From an uncultured Bacteriovoracaceae bacterium (lineage in GTDB: Bacteria; Bdellovibrionota; UBA1018): a stretch of 37,499 bases of DNA. Position 1 is the first letter of the stretch. The number at the start of each line of letters is the position of its first letter. Both the position numbers and the translations under genes were made by a program. The stretch lies in the NCBI GenBank assembly GCA_964496965.1, contig CAZCBS010000001.1:1-37499 (forward strand), in the 5' to 3' direction. The notes under the pieces are model-generated. The model saw only the letters and a program-made list of their open reading frames with translations, ran no database searches and was not told where the DNA came from. Positions 1 to 6,724 of the stretch are shown here, piece after piece.

Positions 1-738
1 AACATTGAGTTTTTCAGCAAGAAGCTTAGGCCCTGCCAATAACCCTTGCGCTTCAAGTCGCTCCTTTTCTCTCATTAAATGATAGAAAAGCTTTTTCTGG
101 GCCTGGGTGGTTCCCACTTTTACCAGGCGGAAATTATCTAAAAGGTATTTCAGAATATAGGAGCGAATCCACCAGGACGCGTAGTAGCCCAAGCGAGCCC
201 CTTTGGTCGGGTCGAACTTCGAAACGGCTTTCATTAAGCCGATATTACCTTCCTGGATCAGGTCCAAGACGTTTGCGTAAATGCTTCGGTACTCAAACGC
301 GATTTTAACAACCAGCCGCAGATTGGCCTGAACCAGAGCTTTGGCAGCTTGAATATCACCGTCGGTTTTCATCTTCGCGACGAGAGCGAACTCTTGGTGC
401 GGATCGAGAAGGGGATAGCGGCGCACTTCATCTAAATAGCGGCGCAAGGGATCGGAGGGCGAAATGGCCGAGAACTCGGAGTCCGGGAGCTCGCTCTCAA
501 TAGCAGTCTCGGATGAGTCACGGACGGAGCGATGGGCCGGAAGCTGGGATTGGAGATCGTTCTGGATCTCCTCGTCCGTAGGTTCTGCATCGTTATCTTC
601 GCCCGCGTCGCTTGCGGCGTCTGACTCGTTCAGCTCGTTGTAATCGACTTCTCGCGGAAGCACCTCAGGGTCTTTTGGCGCTTGAGTGCGAGGTCGGGAG
701 CGAGCCTGTTTGGAAGTGGTTTTCTTGGTGCTCTTCAC
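1..738 (-). CDS. rpoH: RNA polymerase sigma-70 family factor, RpoH (sigma-32)-like; 3' part lies beyond the window start
   Basis: Absent from the ORF track because no stop falls in the window. My minus-strand translation from GTG 738 reads VKSTKK...DPLRRYLDEVRRYPLLDPHQEFALV...LRLVVKIAFEY...IQEGNIGLMKAVSKFDPTKGARLGYYASWWIRSYILKYLLDNFRLVKVGTTQAQKKLFYHLM. These are sigma-70 regions 1.2-2.4 with an RpoH-box-like QAQKKLFYHL. An in-frame ATG at 780 is an alternative start. Confidence 0.8.
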   Translation of the reverse strand, partial: MKSTKKTTSKQARSRPRTQAPKDPEVLPREVDYNELNESDAASDAGEDNDAEPTDEEIQNDLQSQLPAHRSVRDSSETAIESELPDSEFSAISPSDPLRRYLDEVRRYPLLDPHQEFALVAKMKTDGDIQAAKALVQANLRLVVKIAFEYRSIYANVLDLIQEGNIGLMKAVSKFDPTKGARLGYYASWWIRSYILKYLLDNFRLVKVGTTQAQKKLFYHLMREKERLEAQGLLAGPKLLAEKLNV

Positions 739-749
739 GTGAGTTTCTT

Positions 750-767
750 TATAATGGTCGTTATAAT
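750..767 (+). promoter_or_regulatory. Two perfect TATAAT hexamers in the 40-nt divergent gap
   Basis: TATAAT occurs at 750-755 and 762-767, between divergent starts 738 (-) and 779 (+). I found no convincing -35, so assignment to either gene is tentative. Confidence 0.25.
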
Positions 768-778
768 AGAAAGAGAAC

Positions 779-1849
779 ATGGACTCAAGCACCACGTCCT
801 TTACCGTCAGCGGGATTACGATTCATCCGGGCGAGACCCGTGAAATCTATCTGAAAGTCTCAGAGTCCTTTCTTTCGTCTTCAATATTGATTCCCGTTAC
901 GGTGATCCGCGGCAAAAAGAGCGGCCCGACCGCTTTTGTCTCGGCCGCCATTCATGGGGACGAGATCAACGGAACGGATATCGTTCGCCGGTTGATTTTC
1001 GATATCGATCATGAGCAGCTCTCGGGCACGCTCATCGCGATTCCCGTGGTCAATATTCCAGGCTTCCTGGGGCAGACGCGCTATCTTCCTTATCACCGAG
1101 ATCTTAATCGCTACTTTCCCGGAAAGAAGAACGGCCATAACGCCGAGCGCATCGCGCATCGCTTGTTTAAAGAAGTCGTTTCGAAATGCGATTTCGGAAT
1201 CGATCTTCACACGGCCTCCAGTGGGCGCTCCAACCTTCCCCAAGTGCGTGGCGATATGTCGGATCCCAGCGTGCGAAAACTGGCGCGCGCTTTCGGGGCT
1301 ACTGTGATGGTGAATCAAATCGGCGTTCGCGGCTCGTTGAGGCGCGAGGCGACGCAGGCAGGCGTTCCGACGATTCTCTTCGAAGCGGGCGAGGCGGGGC
1401 GTTTTTCGAAGCGCGTCTCGCAAGCGGGGCTTCGCGGCGTTTTGAATGTGCTAGCCGAAATGAAAATGCTTCCGGCATCCACCGCGCAAAAGCGTCCGCC
1501 GTTTCAAGTCATCGTTCGCGAGAGCGATTGGATTCGCGCCGAGAAAGGCGGAATTCTCGATCTTGAGATCCGCCCCGGCGATTTGATCTACAAAGGCGAT
1601 ACGATCGGCGAAATTTTAAATCCATTTGGTAGAACCGTCACGCAGATCCGCGCGCCCGTCACGGGCATCATCATCGGCATCACGACTCAGCCCATCACGA
1701 TTCCAGGGACCGGCATCGCGCATGTGGCACGGCTCAAGAAAACTCTTTCAGTCGTCGAGCGTTCACTCGAAAAAGCCGCGAAAAAGATGAGCAAGAAGCG
1801 GCCTCGTCGAAGCAGGCGCAAGCAACGTGTTGCCAAAAAGCAGGCTTAG
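779..1849 (+). CDS. Succinylglutamate desuccinylase/aspartoacylase (AstE/AspA, M14-like zinc hydrolase) family protein
   Basis: 356-aa ORF. It has AAIHGDEINGTDIV (HxxE zinc motif) and DLHTASSG, typical of this family. The C-terminus is an unusual polybasic tail, KKMSKKRPRRSRRKQRVAKKQA. Confidence 0.75.
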   Translation: MDSSTTSFTVSGITIHPGETREIYLKVSESFLSSSILIPVTVIRGKKSGPTAFVSAAIHGDEINGTDIVRRLIFDIDHEQLSGTLIAIPVVNIPGFLGQTRYLPYHRDLNRYFPGKKNGHNAERIAHRLFKEVVSKCDFGIDLHTASSGRSNLPQVRGDMSDPSVRKLARAFGATVMVNQIGVRGSLRREATQAGVPTILFEAGEAGRFSKRVSQAGLRGVLNVLAEMKMLPASTAQKRPPFQVIVRESDWIRAEKGGILDLEIRPGDLIYKGDTIGEILNPFGRTVTQIRAPVTGIIIGITTQPITIPGTGIAHVARLKKTLSVVERSLEKAAKKMSKKRPRRSRRKQRVAKKQA

Positions 1850-1855
1850 GTTGAG
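1843..1855. repeat. Left copy of 13-bp perfect direct repeat GGCTTAGGTTGAG
   Basis: Identical 13-mer at 1843-1855 and 2917-2929. This copy spans the TAG stop (1847-1849) of the 779..1849 CDS. Confidence 0.9.
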
Positions 1856-1869
1856 AGTCGTTTTTAGTT

Positions 1870-2868
1870 CTAGAGTTGTTTGTAGGATCTAGCATTTCTC
1901 CCAAAGATACGCTCGGCTTCGAAAAGATTATGTTGTGCGCAAAGTAATCGAAGATTAGAAAATTCCGTTTTCCCGCCCAGCGCAAAAGGCTCGATGTGGT
2001 CGATTTGCAGTTTGTAAGTCGCCCCGCATTTTCGTCCTGTTTTGGGATCGACCCAAGTACATTTGCTTTCGTCTCTTTTCCAAACGGCCCTTACGAGCGA
2101 TCGCGGAATATATCTTGATCTTATGGAGTTGCTTGAACGAGCGCTTTGACGCGCTGATTCGTTCGGCGCCGGAGTGATCTGCGGCGGTGTGGCTGTGTCC
2201 GATGGAGCGGCGGGGTTTGATGATCGCTTTGTCTCTTGCGTAGCCGGATCGAGTTCTTTTAATCCAAGCTTTGCAAGATAAGCAATGAGATCAGCCATCG
2301 TCATTCCGGGATGAGAATGACCAAGAAGACCTTTGAGCTTTTCAAGATCTTGAAGCAACTCATCGGTCGCATAAAACTTCACCTCAGATAACTGAGGAGT
2401 GACCGGTTTGACTCGTTCATGAAAATGCGCTTCTGGAGTGGATGAGAGACTCAGTAACTCTTTTTCGACTTGGCGAGTGCTTTTGTTTTCGAGCTTGGCC
2501 ATGATTTCTTGTTTATCGATCTGAGAGACTGGCTTATTTGGAGTAGCGCTCTGTTCTTTTTTGAAGAAACTTTGCGCTCTTGCCACTGTACTGAGACTCA
2601 GCGAGCCTTCCTGGATTTTTTCTTCAAGCTCCGGCATTTCTTTGATCAGCCTCATGGCATCGATTCGTCTGCAAGCGGATGCGGGACAGTAGCCAAGCTC
2701 TCGTGTGACGTATTCAAAAAGGCTTGAATAACTAAGAGACGCAAAGAGCCTGCGACGTTCTACTTCTTTAATATGATGCAGAACCTGCAACGTCATTTCT
2801 TTTTCACGCTGCACATAGTGTTTGGTTCGGGAGAGAAGGGTTTCGTTCGATAGATTTTTCAAATACAT
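1870..2868 (-). CDS. HNH endonuclease family protein (helical N-terminal domain, low-complexity linker, C-terminal HNH nuclease)
   Basis: 332-aa ORF. The C-terminus reads CTWVDPKTGRKCGATYKLQIDHIEPFALGGKTEFSNLRLLCAQHN, carrying the H-N-H signature. It is colinear with the 34789..35898 ORF. Confidence 0.85.
   Translation of the reverse strand: MYLKNLSNETLLSRTKHYVQREKEMTLQVLHHIKEVERRRLFASLSYSSLFEYVTRELGYCPASACRRIDAMRLIKEMPELEEKIQEGSLSLSTVARAQSFFKKEQSATPNKPVSQIDKQEIMAKLENKSTRQVEKELLSLSSTPEAHFHERVKPVTPQLSEVKFYATDELLQDLEKLKGLLGHSHPGMTMADLIAYLAKLGLKELDPATQETKRSSNPAAPSDTATPPQITPAPNESARQSARSSNSIRSRYIPRSLVRAVWKRDESKCTWVDPKTGRKCGATYKLQIDHIEPFALGGKTEFSNLRLLCAQHNLFEAERIFGRNARSYKQL
2147..2175. repeat. Inverted-repeat arm A, inside the HNH coding region
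   Basis: The reverse complement of 2155-2175 (ACTCCGGCGCCGAACGAATCA) is identical to 3172-3192. The match extends to 27/29 over 2147-2175 versus 3172-3200. Confidence 0.9.
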
Positions 2869-2916
2869 GCTTCGCTTGTAACACGGGATTTTTGGTCCTC
2901 TCTATGAGGAGCTTTT

Positions 2917-2929
2917 GGCTTAGGTTGAG
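2917..2929. repeat. Right copy of 13-bp perfect direct repeat GGCTTAGGTTGAG
   Basis: Identical to 1843-1855. It lies 49 nt upstream of the HNH ATG at 2868. Confidence 0.9.
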
Positions 2930-2948
2930 CCATTTTTGAAAAATGGCT
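2928..2948. promoter_or_regulatory. Perfect 21-bp palindrome AGCCATTTTT-G-AAAAATGGCT (possible operator)
   Basis: 10-bp arms at 2928-2937 and 2939-2948 around a single central G. A 1-nt centre argues for a dimer-binding DNA site rather than an RNA hairpin. It abuts the right direct repeat, 60-80 nt upstream of the HNH start. Confidence 0.3.
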
Positions 2949-3171
2949 TGAAAGTGATTTTTTTAGGTTGGGTTTAATGGCGGGCGAGAGAGCGTGCTTA
3001 GGGCTTGAAATAAAACGCTGTTGTTGAAAATGAGTTGTTTTTGCTTTGGGTGCCGTCAAGAAAAAACTGCTATTTTATAGTCATTTTCTCTCTTTTTTTG
3101 AGATTTTTCAGTTATCTTTTTTGCCTTTGAATTGATCGCGTTTATGAGAAATTTCAGTTTGCCGCTTTTTT

Positions 3172-3268
3172 ACTCCGGCGCCGAACGAATCACTGCGTCA
3201 TTTGGCAGCGCTTTGCGACGCCTACTTCTCGACAAACCGCCTCAAATCACGTTATTTTAAATCTAACG
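3172..3268 (+). pseudogene. Inverted-repeat arm B, continuing as a degenerate inverted partial copy of the HNH-gene linker region
   Basis: 3172-3192 is a perfect 21-nt inverted copy of 2155-2175. In the matching frame the + strand reads TPAPNESLRHLAALCDAYFSTNRLKSRYFKSN, against TPAPNESARQSARSSNSIRSRYIPRS in the intact gene. Similarity decays toward 3268. Confidence 0.45.
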
Positions 3269-4573
3269 ATGGCGCGTAAACCTCAATTCAAAAAAACAGT
3301 TTTCCCGAATGGCCTCACAGTTCTTTCCGAAAGGCATCCTGAGTTTCGAAGTCTGTCAGTGGGCGTTTGGGTGAAGGTTGGAACACGGCACGAGAACGTG
3401 AAAGAAGTCGGGGTTTCGCATTTTCTGGAGCATATGGTTTTCAAAGGCACGAAAAAGCGCACGGCGCTGGATATCGCTCGCGAAGTGGATCGCGTGGGGG
3501 GCGATTTCAATGCGTTCACGAGCCGTGAAAACACCTGCTTTCATGTCTTGTTGCTGGATCGCGATATCGGGCTGGGCTTGGATATTCTGGGCGATGTGAT
3601 TTTGAACTCGACTTTCGATGCCGAAGAGATCGAGCGCGAGCGCAAAGTCATTCTGCAGGAAATCTCGATGGTCGATGAGTCGCCGGAGGAGCTGGCGCAC
3701 GATCTTTTCTACGAGCTCTTTTATCCCAAACACGGAATCGGAAGGCCCATTCTTGGGACCGAAAAAAGCATCAACGGTCTCAAGCGCTCCGAGGTGCTCA
3801 AATATTTTTACACTTATTATCGGCCCGATCAGATCGTGATCTCTGTTGCGGGAAACGTCACTCATGAGGCGGTTCTGAAGAAAGTCGCGCCGCTGGTGAA
3901 AGCCAAGTGGCCGGGACGCCCTAGCCGGCTGCCCAAGCCATCGCCAGATGCGCATACGCCGCCTGAGTCTTGTTCCGGCAACTGGTGGATCGACCGGAAG
4001 ACGGAGCAATGCCATCTGATCTGGGGAGTGAAGGGGCCGACGTATACCTCTCAGGATCGCTTTGCCGCTTTTCTTCTCAATGTTTACTTAGGCGGGGGAA
4101 TGAGCTCGACGCTTTTTCAAGAAATCCGTGAGAAAAACGGCCTGGCTTACACCGTTTATTCCAGCCTGAGTCCGTATACGGATACGGGAATTTTTTCGAT
4201 CTATGCCGCGACTAATGCCTCTCAAGTCCCGCTTTGCTTGAAGCTGGTCGAAGAGTGCGTCAATCAGTTCAAAGCCAAGCCTCTGGGCAAAAGAGAGCTG
4301 GAGACGATCAAAGACAATCTCAAGGGGACGATCTTGCTTTCGTCCGATAGCGCGGAGTCTCGAATGTCGAGCATCGCGCGAAACGAGCTGGTTTTTGGCC
4401 GTTATGTCAGCGTCGAGGAAGTCTGTCGGCAGGTTGATGCGGTAACGCCCGCGGACTTGCAGCGCTTGGCTCACAAGCTCTTTGCCGATGAAAAGCGCAG
4501 CGTGCTGGTGCTGGGGCCGAAGCCTTCGCAAAAGGTGCTGAGCAAAATGGGCTTTGCGCAGATCGCGCGCTGA
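3269..4573 (+). CDS. M16 (pitrilysin/insulinase) family zinc metallopeptidase
   Basis: 434-aa ORF with the inverted zinc motif HFLEHMVFKGT (HxxEH) near the N-terminus and the two-domain length typical of M16B peptidases. Confidence 0.9.
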   Translation: MARKPQFKKTVFPNGLTVLSERHPEFRSLSVGVWVKVGTRHENVKEVGVSHFLEHMVFKGTKKRTALDIAREVDRVGGDFNAFTSRENTCFHVLLLDRDIGLGLDILGDVILNSTFDAEEIERERKVILQEISMVDESPEELAHDLFYELFYPKHGIGRPILGTEKSINGLKRSEVLKYFYTYYRPDQIVISVAGNVTHEAVLKKVAPLVKAKWPGRPSRLPKPSPDAHTPPESCSGNWWIDRKTEQCHLIWGVKGPTYTSQDRFAAFLLNVYLGGGMSSTLFQEIREKNGLAYTVYSSLSPYTDTGIFSIYAATNASQVPLCLKLVEECVNQFKAKPLGKRELETIKDNLKGTILLSSDSAESRMSSIARNELVFGRYVSVEEVCRQVDAVTPADLQRLAHKLFADEKRSVLVLGPKPSQKVLSKMGFAQIAR

Positions 4574-5296
4574 TCAACCCGCCGCTTTTTTGCGGCGCCA
4601 GATGATGAAAGCGACCAGAACGACGCCTGCCAGGATGTATTCGAATGGCATCTCGTCCTTGGCTTTTTTAGGCTTGCTCTCGCCGGTCGGAATCTGGTTT
4701 TGGGACAAGATCGTATCGTCGGGTTTTGGGATATTGACCGCGAAGAGATTGGTGCCGCCGTTCAATGGGGCGCCAGGCTTGCGGAAGACCTTCAGCGTAT
4801 TGACCATCGTTTCGAACTGAGATTGATAATCGGCGTACTTGTTCTTGTTGATCGAATAAGTGACCAGGACGCCGATGTCGTTCTTCACGGTCGCTAAATA
4901 ACGGGTGTAGAAATCAGGGATCTCGGACGCCATGTGCAGCGAGTCCACCCAGGGATGATCGCCGATCTGGATGTTCTTGGCGTATTTGGGAGTCGAGGTG
5001 GTGGGCGCGCCTTTGATGTTGTTATAGGTTTTTGGGTTTTTCAGATAAGCGAGATATTGGTCGAGGCTGTCCTGATCGCCTTTCAGTTTGGCGGCCAGCA
5101 CGATGATGGCGTCGCGCTTTTTTTGCTCGTCCATGCTTTGGCAGACCCATTCGGCGCCTTCGAGATTGCATTGCCATTGAGGAGGAAGCTCGAACTCGAC
5201 GAACTGATTGGCGAACTTGGCGGCATGGCTGCTGACGGACCAAGATGCCGCGACAAGAGCGAGGGCAGCACCGGCAAAAATCTTATTTTTCTTCAT
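4574..5296 (-). CDS. Hypothetical exported protein with C-terminal membrane anchor
   Basis: 240-aa ORF. N-terminal signal peptide MKKNKIFAGAALALVAASWSVSSHA. C-terminal hydrophobic helix ILAGVVLVAFIIW followed by RRKKAAG. Its stop abuts the opposing stop at 4573. Confidence 0.6.
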   Translation of the reverse strand: MKKNKIFAGAALALVAASWSVSSHAAKFANQFVEFELPPQWQCNLEGAEWVCQSMDEQKKRDAIIVLAAKLKGDQDSLDQYLAYLKNPKTYNNIKGAPTTSTPKYAKNIQIGDHPWVDSLHMASEIPDFYTRYLATVKNDIGVLVTYSINKNKYADYQSQFETMVNTLKVFRKPGAPLNGGTNLFAVNIPKPDDTILSQNQIPTGESKPKKAKDEMPFEYILAGVVLVAFIIWRRKKAAG

Positions 5297-5308
5297 GAGG
5301 GCTTCTCC

Positions 5309-6589
5309 TTATTCAATGGGGCGACGGGCCGTAAAGCCCTCTTCGATCCAAACTTCCTTGAAATATTCTTCGACTTTGATGGCGGCTTCGTTGCTTTTAA
5401 CGGTTGTGACCCGTCCACGGGCGATGGCTGATCCGACGGATCCATCCGAATTGTTCATGAAGATGTCGAAAGTGTCGCCGATTTGGACGCCGTGATCCAA
5501 GCCCTTGTCGATTTTTACGAGATTGAAGCGATCGTTCGCGCGAAGGACCTTCGCTTCAAGACCGTAGTTGACGTAGCCTTTGTTCGAACGACCGTACTTG
5601 ACGGTGCTTTGAAGAGCCGGATCGCTTGGACCGGAGTCCTGTTCGCCGCCGAAATGAGTTTGAAAACCGAATGTCAGAGAGAGCCCGTTCGGAGCTTCGT
5701 GGCCCCAGATGCTTTGAGCAACGGTTCCGGTGAACTGAAGATCGTCGCGGGTTCGCCATCCTAATTCGCCGCGGACATTTAAGATCGATGGATTGATCGC
5801 GCCGGTGATGTAGCTCCCGCCCGTACCCAGGCTTCCGGAGGAAGTGTTGACCAGGACGGAGTTGTTGGGGTGGCTGTCCGTGTTCAAAGATTGAACGCCA
5901 AAAGCGCCTGCTTGGATCACCAAGCCTTCTCTTCGAGGTTGAAGCGCCAGCATCGCGCTCCACGGAATCGCGGCCGAAAACGAGCTGCCTCGGTAGGTGT
6001 AACCCGCGCCGCCGACCAAATGAACTTCGTTCTCGGGTTTTTCAGAAATCAGGTAGGTGAGAAACGCTCCACCGGTCACATCCACGCTGCCGTCGCCTAG
6101 ATTGGGGGCATTGGTGGGATTGACTCCGTTCGCGGGTGCGGCCGTGTTGCTGTAAGCTGGAAAATCAATTTGGCCTTGAAGATCGATCGACGCGCCATGA
6201 GGCTTTTCAAAGACCCGATAATTGATTCCCACGGTTTGATCCCCAAAGCCGTAACCGGTTCCTGTAAAGGCAGCCGTATTGGTGGAATCGACCTTGGACA
6301 TTTCCCATTCCAACCGGCCATAAAGGCTGAGCTTGGGCGTCAATCCAACAGTCGCATCGAGGTCCAAAAGATAGCGTTGATACGAGTCGAGTCCGGAGGG
6401 GGTAAAAGAGGTTCCGGTCGAATCGTAGTTCGACGTCGTGCGATACCAGATCAGATCCGCTCCGACGTCAAAAAGCTTTGCGCTGGTGTGATGATTTTCC
6501 CACGAATGAATGAAGAAATCGGCTCGCGCAGAAGCCGAAAAGAGGGATAGAGCCCCAACTCCGAGATGCGTCCACTTTGGCTTTTTCAT
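5309..6589 (-). CDS. Hypothetical outer-membrane (beta-barrel-like) protein
   Basis: 426-aa ORF. Signal peptide MKKPKWTHLGVGALSLFSASARA. Gly/Ser/Thr/Tyr-rich alternating composition typical of beta-barrels. It sits 12 nt upstream of the 4574..5296 gene, so they are probably one operon. Confidence 0.6.
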   Translation of the reverse strand: MKKPKWTHLGVGALSLFSASARADFFIHSWENHHTSAKLFDVGADLIWYRTTSNYDSTGTSFTPSGLDSYQRYLLDLDATVGLTPKLSLYGRLEWEMSKVDSTNTAAFTGTGYGFGDQTVGINYRVFEKPHGASIDLQGQIDFPAYSNTAAPANGVNPTNAPNLGDGSVDVTGGAFLTYLISEKPENEVHLVGGAGYTYRGSSFSAAIPWSAMLALQPRREGLVIQAGAFGVQSLNTDSHPNNSVLVNTSSGSLGTGGSYITGAINPSILNVRGELGWRTRDDLQFTGTVAQSIWGHEAPNGLSLTFGFQTHFGGEQDSGPSDPALQSTVKYGRSNKGYVNYGLEAKVLRANDRFNLVKIDKGLDHGVQIGDTFDIFMNNSDGSVGSAIARGRVTTVKSNEAAIKVEEYFKEVWIEEGFTARRPIE

Positions 6590-6724
6590 TTCATTATTAA
6601 GAGTGCCATAGCTCCTTGAAAGTTGTCAGATATTATATGGAGCAGAATTAATGTTGATCAAAAAAGTCTGGATAGTTTAGGACTCCTTGCATGTCGTTGA
6701 GGTTTCCAATAGGCTACATTCCCT

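Larger units (their letters stand above)
1843..2929 (-). mobile_element. Putative HNH-endonuclease gene cassette bounded by 13-bp direct repeats
   Basis: The repeats enclose only the HNH ORF plus a 48-nt leader. Hand-counted lines give about 48% G+C inside the cassette, against clearly higher values in the flanking gene. A paralogue exists at 34789-35898. Confidence 0.4.

Noticed and set aside
2859-3059. 66-aa ORF in the HNH upstream region.
   Set aside because: It overlaps the HNH start, is Lys/Pro/Ser-rich, has no ribosome-binding site, and spans the palindrome and the direct repeat.
4568-4579. Convergent genes with zero spacing, their stops forming TGATCA. A similar case has only a 4-nt gap at 19526-19529.
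   Set aside because: This reflects compact genome organisation. No hairpin or other signal is present, and it is not informative by itself.
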